From positions 1 to 34,151 of the forward strand of contig JAQUOQ010000001.1 of assembly GCA_028717005.1 (NCBI GenBank): a stretch of 34,151 bases of DNA, given 5' to 3'. The notes under the pieces are model-generated. The model worked only from the letters and a program-made list of their open reading frames with translations, was not told the DNA's origin and did no database searches. The stretch comes from Minisyncoccota bacterium. GTDB lineage: Bacteria > Patescibacteriota > Minisyncoccia > Minisyncoccales > Minisyncoccaceae. The position numbers were made by a program, and so were the translations under genes. This document shows positions 23,625 to 31,029 of this stretch, in pieces (within the stretch, counting starts at the first letter, position 1; every line of letters starts with the position of its first letter).

Positions 23625-24791
23625 CTATCTTTCTCTTTTGCCGTCTATAAATTCTTCGATCATCTCCCGCGCTTTTTCATCAGTAAACTGCTGTATCGGA
23701 TGTTTCATAAAATAGGCGGACGAAGAAATAAGAGACCCGCCCACGCCCCGATCCAAACCGATTTTTAGCAGCCTGATGGCTTCAATTACGCAGCCAGCGG
23801 AATTCGGAGAATCTTCCACCGACAATCGCAATTCCAATTCAATCGGCACATTTCCGAATTTCCTCCCCTCCATCCTGATGAAGCAAACTTTATTGTCTTT
23901 TAAAAACGGGACATAATCCGACGGGCCGATATGCAAATTATCGTAGCTAAGCCTTTTTGCCAATTGGGATTCGACTGCCTCGGTTTTTGATACCTTTTTT
24001 GTTTTTAGCCGCGCCCTTTCTCCGTACATATTTAGGAAATCCGTATTGCCGCCGACATTCAACTGGTAAGACCGATCGATAGTAACGCCTCTCTCCGCGA
24101 ATAAATGCGACAAAATACGATGCGTTATAGTGGCGCCGATTTGCGACTTGATGTCATCGCCGATGCAGGGTAATCCTCTATCCCGGAATTTCTTTTCCCA
24201 TTTTTCGTCGGAACAGATAAACACGGGCATGCAATTAATAAAACCTACGCCGGCATCCAATGCGGCTTGCGCGTAATGTTCGGTAGCTTTTTGCGAACCA
24301 ACGGGCATATAGCTTACAAGGATATCTGCTCCCGATTTTTTTAATTCTTCCGCGATGTTAACAGGCTTCTTGTCTGCCGGCAGAAAGGTTTGGTCGTCCG
24401 GATAATTTTTCATATGGTCTGCCACGCCGTCCAAAATCGGGCCCATTTTTACGGTTACGCCTATTTTGGGAATGTTGCTGCAAAATATTTTTGTGCAGTT
24501 AGGTTTTTCAAATATAGCTTCGCTCACGTCTTTGCCCACCTTCCGCTTATCAACGTCGAAAACCGCCACAATCTTTATGTCGGAAATTTTATAACCGCCG
24601 AGAATGTTGTGCATCAATCCGGGCACTAATTCGTCGTCATCTTTCACATCCTTGTAATAATAGATGCCCTGGACTAACGAGCTGGCGCAATTGCCCAAAC
24701 CGGCAATAGCCAATTTAATTTCTCCGCCCTTTTTCTTTGCCGGAACTGCGGCTGCCTTCTTTAGCGATTTTTTAGCTGTTTTCTTTGCCAT
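23625..24791 (-). CDS. ino1: myo-Inositol-3-phosphate synthase
   Basis: 388 aa. The N-terminal Rossmann segment IAGLGNCASSLVQGIYYY is the hallmark bacterial/archaeal MIPS motif. Confidence 0.85.
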   Translation of the reverse strand: MAKKTAKKSLKKAAAVPAKKKGGEIKLAIAGLGNCASSLVQGIYYYKDVKDDDELVPGLMHNILGGYKISDIKIVAVFDVDKRKVGKDVSEAIFEKPNCTKIFCSNIPKIGVTVKMGPILDGVADHMKNYPDDQTFLPADKKPVNIAEELKKSGADILVSYMPVGSQKATEHYAQAALDAGVGFINCMPVFICSDEKWEKKFRDRGLPCIGDDIKSQIGATITHRILSHLFAERGVTIDRSYQLNVGGNTDFLNMYGERARLKTKKVSKTEAVESQLAKRLSYDNLHIGPSDYVPFLKDNKVCFIRMEGRKFGNVPIELELRLSVEDSPNSAGCVIEAIRLLKIGLDRGVGGSLISSSAYFMKHPIQQFTDEKAREMIEEFIDGKRER

Positions 24792-24848
24792 ATCTTTAAA
24801 AAAATATTATAATGTTTTTAGTTATTATTGCCTTATTTTAGGCTTAAT

Positions 24849-24879
24849 ACTATTTTACAGCCGTAAAATAGTTTGTCAA
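24849..24879. promoter_or_regulatory. Perfect 10-bp inverted repeat (operator candidate) overlapping a TTGACA-N16-TAAAAT promoter that reads toward ino1
   Basis: The palindrome is ACTATTTTAC agcc GTAAAATAGT (24849-24872). On the minus strand the -35 TTGACA is at 24879-24874 and the -10 TAAAAT is at 24857-24852, inside the left arm. The site lies in the divergent region between ino1 and the second padR-like gene. Confidence 0.5.
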
Positions 24880-24898
24880 TATAACCCTGTGGAATATT

Positions 24899-25213
24899 AT
24901 GGAACCATACGCCCGATTGGAAAAATCGAACACAAAAGAAAATCTTTGGATTTACATATTAACCGCCCTGAAAAAGCGGCCAAATTACGCTTGGGAACTG
25001 CCGCTGGTTATTGAAAAAGAATTTGGCTTCCGCCCGGGAAACATTACCCCCTATCGGGCACTGTACCGCCTGGAAGACCAGGGATTTGTTAAAAGCGAAT
25101 TGCAAGAAAGGCGGCGGATTTACAAAATTACCGGCAGCGGAGAGAAAGAACTGGAAAAAGTGAAACAATTTTATAGTTCCGTGCTGGAAAAATTAAACCA
25201 ATATGAAGACTAA
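24899..25213 (+). CDS. PadR-like winged-helix transcriptional regulator
   Basis: 104 aa. NLWIYILTAL ... YRALYRLEDQGFVKSE ... RRIYKITGSGEKEL. It overlaps the next ORF by 11 nt. Confidence 0.75.
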   Translation: MEPYARLEKSNTKENLWIYILTALKKRPNYAWELPLVIEKEFGFRPGNITPYRALYRLEDQGFVKSELQERRRIYKITGSGEKELEKVKQFYSSVLEKLNQYED

Positions 25214-25682
25214 ACCTAAACAAGCCGAAAAAAAAGCGGAAAAGAAAAAGGCTGACCAAAAGAAAGAGACTGATATTCAGGAAGTGGTAAACTATTACTT
25301 TGCCACCAAAGGGCTTACTTTGGATGAAGTGAAAGAAAGCGCGAAAAAAAGGAAAATAATTTATTCCAGATTTACGCGTCCGGCAAAAGAATTGATAGAA
25401 TTAGCGGGCTCGACAAAAAAAGCAAAATCGGCTATTAGTATAGTAGCCGAATGGGCAAAATCACGAAATCTGGATTACACGATTGAAACGGTCTTCAAAA
25501 AATGGCTGGAACTGGATCGCTTGAAACCAAAAGAGGTGATAAAAAAACCATATTACGACAAACAGCCGATGGTGTGGTCGCAAGCACGGAAAAAATGGTT
25601 TGTTATTGACGATGGCGGCGAATGGCTGGAATTCGCGGGTGACGAAAAAGATATCGAATGGCGCATTCACCCTGTTAATTAG
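25203..25682 (+). CDS. Hypothetical protein with a lysine-rich N-terminal tail
   Basis: 159 aa, apparently translationally coupled to the upstream PadR-like gene. The N-terminus is KPKQAEKKAEKKKADQKKE. I recognise no family. Confidence 0.55.
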   Translation: MKTKPKQAEKKAEKKKADQKKETDIQEVVNYYFATKGLTLDEVKESAKKRKIIYSRFTRPAKELIELAGSTKKAKSAISIVAEWAKSRNLDYTIETVFKKWLELDRLKPKEVIKKPYYDKQPMVWSQARKKWFVIDDGGEWLEFAGDEKDIEWRIHPVN

Positions 25683-25711
25683 AATTTAAGCGGTGGCTTA
25701 AATTCTATTTT
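25682..25711 (+). terminator. Intrinsic terminator after the 159-aa ORF
   Basis: GAATTTAAGC ggtg GCTTAAATTC forms a 10-bp perfect stem followed by TATTTT. Confidence 0.6.
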
Positions 25712-25779
25712 GCGAAGCAAAATTATTTAACAGGGCAGGAAAAATAACATTGCAAACAATAAAAACAACGCATTAACAC

Positions 25780-25806
25780 ATGTTTGGCAGCCAGGCTGCC
25801 AAACAT
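25780..25806. repeat. REP-like hairpin, family ATGTTTGG...CCAAACAT (copy 3)
   Basis: ATGTTTGGCAGCC a GGCTGCCAAACAT forms a perfect 13-bp stem, 27 nt upstream of the efp start. Confidence 0.85.
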
Positions 25807-25832
25807 TCTTATTATTAAATTAAAACACTAAA

Positions 25833-26399
25833 ATGCTATCTTATTCAGAACTAACCAGAGGAAAAATAGTAATCGTAAACGACCAGCCCTACGAAATCGT
25901 GGAGGCGGAAAATACTTTTAAGGGCCGGGGCCATTCTTATTTGCAAATGAAATTACGAAATCTCGTCTCTGGCGCGGTAATATCAAGGAGCGCCCAGCCC
26001 AGGGATTCTTTTGAGGAAGCTGATATCGAAAAAAGCGAAGCCAAATTTATCTTCCAAAACAAAGGCAGATATACTTTTTCCGAAGTAAACAACCCTTCCA
26101 AAAGGTTTGAACTGGACGAAGAAAAAATCGGCGATTCGGCAAAATTTTTAAAACCGAACGAAGTGGTTACGACCATTCTGTTTAACGGGAAAATTATAAA
26201 TGTTTCTCTGCCGATAAAAGTGAAATTAAAAGTTACCGAAGTGCCGCCGGGAGTAAAGGGCGACCGCGCCCAATCGGGAAACAAAGTTGTCACACTGGAA
26301 ACCGGAGCAAAAATTGCCGCCCCCTTATTCATAAACGAAGGCGACATACTGGAGATAAACACCGAAAGCGGAGAATACACAAGGCGCGCTAATGAATAA
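25833..26399 (+). CDS. efp: Translation elongation factor P
   Basis: 188 aa with an EF-P-like N-terminal KOW region and C-terminal GVKGDRAQSGNKVVTLETG. The loop tip reads F-K-G-R32-G-H. Confidence 0.9.
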   Translation: MLSYSELTRGKIVIVNDQPYEIVEAENTFKGRGHSYLQMKLRNLVSGAVISRSAQPRDSFEEADIEKSEAKFIFQNKGRYTFSEVNNPSKRFELDEEKIGDSAKFLKPNEVVTTILFNGKIINVSLPIKVKLKVTEVPPGVKGDRAQSGNKVVTLETGAKIAAPLFINEGDILEINTESGEYTRRANE

Positions 26400-26431
26400 T
26401 CCGCATAAACAATAAATAAATTAGGCAAACA

Positions 26432-26456
26432 AAATCGCCCATCTGGGCGATTTTTT
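26432..26456 (+). terminator. Intrinsic terminator of efp (probably bidirectional)
   Basis: AAATCGCCCA tc TGGGCGATTT is followed by TTT. The opposite strand also has a T-rich tail. Confidence 0.75.
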
Positions 26457-26458
26457 AA

Positions 26459-26485
26459 ATGTTTGGGGACCTCGCTCCCAAACAT
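26459..26485. repeat. REP-like hairpin, family ATGTTTGG...CCAAACAT (copy 4)
   Basis: ATGTTTGGG gacctcgct CCCAAACAT has 9-bp outer arms. It lies immediately after the efp terminator and 13 nt from the stop of the convergent FTR-like gene. Confidence 0.8.
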
Positions 26486-26497
26486 TGCTCTTTACTG

Positions 26498-26779
26498 CTA
26501 TTTCACGAATAGATTGCAATAACAATGCCCTTCTTTTTCGATCTCTTCTTTGTGGTAAGCGCAAGGGCAGATTATTTTTTTGTTCGCTTTTTTGTCATTC
26601 CCCAGTTTCCGGCACGGGCAGTATTTCGCGCCGAACGCCTCGTTTTTCATTATCAATGCCCGGACAACTCCTTCCACGATTTTGCGGTTCGGATTTAATT
26701 TGAAACCGTTTTCTTTAGCGTATTTTTCGTAAAAGGAAATAAGTTCGGCAGTTTTTTGTTTAAGTTCTTTTTCTTCCAT
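26498..26779 (-). CDS. Ferredoxin-thioredoxin reductase catalytic-subunit-like protein
   Basis: 93 aa with a six-Cys pattern CPC-x14-CPC-x12-CYC followed by NLF. It lies directly downstream of a thioredoxin gene. Confidence 0.65.
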   Translation of the reverse strand: MEEKELKQKTAELISFYEKYAKENGFKLNPNRKIVEGVVRALIMKNEAFGAKYCPCRKLGNDKKANKKIICPCAYHKEEIEKEGHCYCNLFVK

Positions 26780-26786
26780 GCTTTTA

Positions 26787-27101
26787 TTATATTAAATCAT
26801 CTACCCAGGCTTTAATATCTTCCTTGGGCCGAAACCCGACGAAAGCATCAACCATTTCGTTATTTTTAAATAAAATTACCGTCGGTATCCGGTCTATCTC
26901 GTATTTATTTCCGGTTATCGGGCACAAATCCAAATCCATTTTTGCCACAATAATCTTCTCGGCATATTCTTCCGCTACCTTTTCCATAACCGGCGAAAGC
27001 ATTTTGCAAGGCGGGCACCAGGCAGTAAACACGTCAACTAAAACCGGCTTTTTGGCCTTTTTTAAAAACTCTTCAAAATTTTCGTCTGTTAAAGTTGTCA
27101 T
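26787..27101 (-). CDS. Thioredoxin (active site WCPPC)
   Basis: 104 aa. The active-site region is VDVFTAWCPPCKML, and IPTVILF provides the cis-Pro loop. Confidence 0.88.
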   Translation of the reverse strand: MTTLTDENFEEFLKKAKKPVLVDVFTAWCPPCKMLSPVMEKVAEEYAEKIIVAKMDLDLCPITGNKYEIDRIPTVILFKNNEMVDAFVGFRPKEDIKAWVDDLI

Positions 27102-27169
27102 ATTTCTGTTTTGTATTTATTACCCCCTAATTATATAACGGAACAAAAAAAGAGGCAATTAAATTAAAT

Positions 27170-27646
27170 TTAACGCCCCAATATCTGGTTTATCATATTC
27201 TTCATGGCATCTATGGGAACCAGCTTGTTCCGCAGTTTTATCATCAAGACTTTCCTGTCTAGCTTTTTTAACCTTAAGAAACCATCAAAACAAATTTTCT
27301 CAAGCTCTGCGTCGCTAAAATCTCTCCCTCCGCTGGACTGAAATAAGGCGTTGACTTCAGCGTAACTCTTTGCGAAAAGCTTAAGAATAATAGCCTCCAT
27401 TCTCGATACGTTACTCTCAAGCCTTGGATGGCATTTACTACACACCTTTATAGTATAGTCGTTCGATCCCCACACCGCCTTTTTAAGCGGATGATGCCTT
27501 GTTCTTTGGCGATTTCCATTGCCATTACCACTACCGTTTTCTCCGTTACTGTCTTCGGTTTCCTCGCCACAAATCGGGCAAATAAATATTTTTTTCTTGT
27601 TGTTATTTCCGTTGTTTTCTTCCGTCAGACTATCACCCAATCGCAA
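27170..27646 (-). CDS. HNH-like zinc-ribbon protein with a low-complexity G/N insert and an unknown C-terminal helical domain
   Basis: 158 aa with a TTG start 4 nt after GGAG. The pattern CPICG-x(23)-HHP-x7-GSND-x5-VCSKCH follows the CxxC...HH...N...CxxCH layout of HNH nucleases. The insert is NGENGSGNGNGN. Confidence 0.5.
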   Translation of the reverse strand: MRLGDSLTEENNGNNNKKKIFICPICGEETEDSNGENGSGNGNGNRQRTRHHPLKKAVWGSNDYTIKVCSKCHPRLESNVSRMEAIILKLFAKSYAEVNALFQSSGGRDFSDAELEKICFDGFLRLKKLDRKVLMIKLRNKLVPIDAMKNMINQILGR

Positions 27647-27751
27647 ACATCTCCTTCAAGTAGACGATGATAAACATAAATGGTTCCTGATTTTAAAGGA
27701 TACCATATATAATTTACCTTTTTTAAAGAATTATTGCAAATGTGCGGCAAC

Positions 27752-27955
27752 CTAGTCCCTTTCCAGCTCTTTTTTTATTTCTTCAAACTGGTTCTCGGCC
27801 GCCTTAAGCCCCTTTTTCGTTTCCTTGATTATTTCGGCAGCCTCTTTTATTTTTTCCAATCCCTCTTCCACGTCAATCTCTTCCTGATTTTCAAACCATT
27901 CGGCTATTTTTGTTAATTTTTTTAGGTTTTGCCCTAAATTTTTATCTTTCGCCAT
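27752..27955 (-). CDS. xseB: Exodeoxyribonuclease VII small subunit
   Basis: 67 aa, an acidic helical hairpin (LKKLTKIAEWFENQEEIDVEEGLEKIKEA), directly downstream of xseA. Confidence 0.8.
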   Translation of the reverse strand: MAKDKNLGQNLKKLTKIAEWFENQEEIDVEEGLEKIKEAAEIIKETKKGLKAAENQFEEIKKELERD

Positions 27956-27974
27956 ATTTTTTATCTTATTTTTA

Positions 27975-28002
27975 ATGTTTGGGGGACGAAGTCCCCAAAC
28001 AT
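27975..28002. repeat. REP-like hairpin, family ATGTTTGG...CCAAACAT (copy 5)
   Basis: ATGTTTGGGGGAC gaa GTCCCCAAACAT forms a 12-bp stem with one bulged G. It fills almost the whole xseA-xseB spacer. Confidence 0.85.
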
Positions 28003-28005
28003 GCG

Positions 28006-29226
28006 CTATTTGCGGGTTAATTTTTTTATCTCGCTATTGATTGTACCATCAAAAACCTGAATGTCTAATTTATTGCCGATGCTAACGTCGCTAACTTTCC
28101 TCACTATTTTGTCGCCTTTCCTCGCAAGGCAATAACCTAATTTCAAATTCCTTTCCGGATTATTCTGATTAATCATCTTTTCGGTTAATTCGATTTGCTG
28201 CCTGAACTGCGCCAGCCGATTTTCCAAAATTTTAGGCAATACCTGTTTTATTTTGTATTCCAAAGCGCCGTACTCTTTTAAGGCTTTGCGCAAATATGTT
28301 TCCATGCGGGAGAAAAGATTTCTAATTTTATGCTTGTCGTCAGACAAGGCTTGGGCGAAAAAATTTAAAATAATATTTTGCTGTTCTTTGATTTTAAAAT
28401 TAAGCGTTTGCCAGCCGGCGCTTAAAATATTGGCGGCGGCCGTGGGGGTGGAAACCATCTTGTCTGCCGCCAGCGCCAGCAGCGGCACATCTTTATCATG
28501 GCCGATCGCGGCTATAACCGGCACGGGAAAATCAGCAATTTCGCGCACCAAAATTTCATTGTTGAAGGCAAGGAATGATTCCAGCGATCCGCCTCCGCGC
28601 ATTACAACCAAAACATCTATTTTGTGTTTGCGGATTGATTTAACCGCGGCCAACAGATCTTTTGTGGCTTCTTCCCCTTCAACGCGGGAATCAATCATCT
28701 TTATTTTAAATCCGAAGCAGCCTAAATTGTTTAAAAAATCATTAATAACCGCTCCTTGTTTGCTCGTAATAACGCCTATGGTTTCCGGAAATTCCGGTAT
28801 TTCCCTCTTTTTTTCTTCGGCGAATATTCCTTCGGCTTCAAGCTTTTGTTTTAACAATTCGTATTGCTTTTTCAGTTCGCCCTCGCCCACAAGCCTGATA
28901 GTTTTCGCCTTAAAACTCAATCGCCCGGTCGGCTTATAAATATCCGGCAATCCTGTAGCGATTATTTCCATTCCATCTTTCAGCTCCAAACCCGAAATCC
29001 GGTAGTCGTAATTCCAGATAACGCAATTAAGGACGCTGCCGTCCTTTTTATCTTTCAACGAAAAATAAACATGGCCGCTGCTCCATTTTTTTACCTCGCT
29101 GACTTCGCCTTTTACCTTTGCTTCGCAAGAATTGAGAATGCTGTTTAAAACCGTCAGATATGCCGAAACGGTAAAGACATTACTCTCTAAAAGATTTTTG
29201 ATGTATGATTTGCTCTTTTCCTCCAT
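28006..29226 (-). CDS. xseA: Exodeoxyribonuclease VII large subunit
   Basis: 406 aa with an OB-fold N-terminus (VKGEVSEVKKWSSGHVYFSLKD) and a catalytic core MRGGGSLESFLAFNNE ... AIGHDKD ... STPTAAA. Confidence 0.9.
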   Translation of the reverse strand: MEEKSKSYIKNLLESNVFTVSAYLTVLNSILNSCEAKVKGEVSEVKKWSSGHVYFSLKDKKDGSVLNCVIWNYDYRISGLELKDGMEIIATGLPDIYKPTGRLSFKAKTIRLVGEGELKKQYELLKQKLEAEGIFAEEKKREIPEFPETIGVITSKQGAVINDFLNNLGCFGFKIKMIDSRVEGEEATKDLLAAVKSIRKHKIDVLVVMRGGGSLESFLAFNNEILVREIADFPVPVIAAIGHDKDVPLLALAADKMVSTPTAAANILSAGWQTLNFKIKEQQNIILNFFAQALSDDKHKIRNLFSRMETYLRKALKEYGALEYKIKQVLPKILENRLAQFRQQIELTEKMINQNNPERNLKLGYCLARKGDKIVRKVSDVSIGNKLDIQVFDGTINSEIKKLTRK

Positions 29227-29235
29227 AACGCCTGA

Positions 29236-29997
29236 TTATTTCTTTTCGTGTTTTATTTTTTCCATCACCGCGTTTTTCCGGTAATTGCAGTAATCGCAAT
29301 TTTCGTCCATTTCGGGAATGTCTTCGCTCATCAGGCATTTTTTGATATTGGACAAAGATTTTTCTATCCAGGAATCGGTTCCGGTATAGGGCAAAATCTT
29401 TATGTCAAATTCCAGCTTTTTGTCGAAGTAGGGCTTGCCCGTATCTCCGTTGCAATAAACGAAATATCCGGTCTCCGCAACCTTAAATCCGTTTTTCCTG
29501 AAAAGCCATTGGTAAATCTCCATCTGCCTTTTGTATCCTCTCTGCCAATCGGCATCAAGACTGACCTCGCTGGCTTTGGACGTGGCCTTGTAATCAACAA
29601 TCAATAAATCGCCCAGCGAATTAATCCAAACGTCGTCAATCGCTCCGGTAATCAAAAGGTTGGTTGGTTCGTGGAGATATTCGATTCCTTTCAGGGTATT
29701 GCGCCAAATATCCATTTTTTCGTGGCTGTAGGGAATTGCGTCAATCCCAAATTCTTCTATCAAAGGATGGGGCGTCGCATCTTTCCGGTGCAAATCAAAC
29801 TCTTTTTTTAAGAGAGTATCTACCGCGCTGTTCAAGCTGAAAGGAAAGCCCGGGGGCCGTCCCACGCCAAGCCGCCTGTCCAGATAAAAACATTGCGGAC
29901 ACTCCATAAACAAATCTATTTTTGACCGGCTCAGCTTAAACGGCTCTGTTGATTTCGGATCAAAAAGCCTGGTTGATTTTTTATAATATTGGGACAT
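29236..29997 (-). CDS. PD-(D/E)XK nuclease with terminal Cys clusters (Cas4/RecB-like fold)
   Basis: 253 aa. The N-terminus has CPQC. The core reads GAIDDV ... LLIVDYKATSK (D...D/ExK). The C-terminus has C-x15-CDYC. Confidence 0.6.
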   Translation of the reverse strand: MSQYYKKSTRLFDPKSTEPFKLSRSKIDLFMECPQCFYLDRRLGVGRPPGFPFSLNSAVDTLLKKEFDLHRKDATPHPLIEEFGIDAIPYSHEKMDIWRNTLKGIEYLHEPTNLLITGAIDDVWINSLGDLLIVDYKATSKASEVSLDADWQRGYKRQMEIYQWLFRKNGFKVAETGYFVYCNGDTGKPYFDKKLEFDIKILPYTGTDSWIEKSLSNIKKCLMSEDIPEMDENCDYCNYRKNAVMEKIKHEKK

Positions 29998-30038
29998 AAA
30001 TTTCTTTAATTAACGAAACTACTATAACACATCTCCGA

Positions 30039-31028
30039 TTATTTCAAAACATCGGGCGTTATCTTTTTCCTTATATAAAAGAAGCTGTAGCCGGCTGCTA
30101 TGATCAGCAATCCGGCAACAAGCAATGCCAATGGCCAGCCAAGGCTGCGGGAAAAATATTCGCTGGTTATCTTAAAAATATAACCCACCAGATAAAGCGA
30201 TCCGAAAACCAGAAAAGAATTGCTTTTAAGGTATACGCTCAGCAAAAGAACAGCGACAATAAGAAAAGGATAAATTAGTTCCCAAACAATGTTCTGGTTC
30301 GGCCGCCAGCCGCCCAAAACAAGGGCAATACCCAGGAAAGCAAATATTCCCACGCCGTACAAAAAACTGCGCAATCCTTTTTTGCCGATATTTGAGAAAT
30401 AATATCCCAAAAAAAGATAAGACAGGGCTGCCAATAAAACCCTGTATTGCATAAATTTATCGCCAAACAAAGCTTTGCCGGCAACAATGAAATCGGTAAG
30501 GGCAAAGAAAAGCCAAGTGCCGAATATTATGCTGAATAATAAAAAGATGTCTTCTTTCGCCAAAAAATAAGAAAGCAGATAAAAAGACAAAAGAATTGCC
30601 GATATCAAAGATTGGATGCCGGCCGACGCAATATTAAATCCGGCCAGATTAAAAATCACACCCAGCCCGACTGGCATTAAAATAGCGGATATAAAATACG
30701 AAACCGATTTTAAAATATTAAGCTTTTTATCCCTTGAGAAAAACAGCCCGAGAAAATAAGCGAGAATGCTGATGCCCAGGGTAGAGATTATTTTTACAAG
30801 AGAACCAAGGGCGTTCCAATTTTCGCCGATTAAGATCGCCACTCCCAGAAAAACTATTCCCCCGCCGACATAAAAAAGAATGTTCGCTATTCTGGATCTT
30901 TTGCTATCCGAAATTTCCGGAACACCGGAACGCGCCCCTTCGTCATAAGCCAAATCCAATTCTTCCTTGCCGATAATCCGGCTGGCACCTATTTTTTTAA
31001 CAATATCTACGGCTTGCTGTTTGTCCAT
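30039..31028 (-). CDS. Polytopic integral membrane protein of unknown function
   Basis: 329 aa with a soluble N-terminal ~45 aa followed by about 9 hydrophobic helices. Confidence 0.6.
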   Translation of the reverse strand: MDKQQAVDIVKKIGASRIIGKEELDLAYDEGARSGVPEISDSKRSRIANILFYVGGGIVFLGVAILIGENWNALGSLVKIISTLGISILAYFLGLFFSRDKKLNILKSVSYFISAILMPVGLGVIFNLAGFNIASAGIQSLISAILLSFYLLSYFLAKEDIFLLFSIIFGTWLFFALTDFIVAGKALFGDKFMQYRVLLAALSYLFLGYYFSNIGKKGLRSFLYGVGIFAFLGIALVLGGWRPNQNIVWELIYPFLIVAVLLLSVYLKSNSFLVFGSLYLVGYIFKITSEYFSRSLGWPLALLVAGLLIIAAGYSFFYIRKKITPDVLK

Positions 31029-31029
31029 T

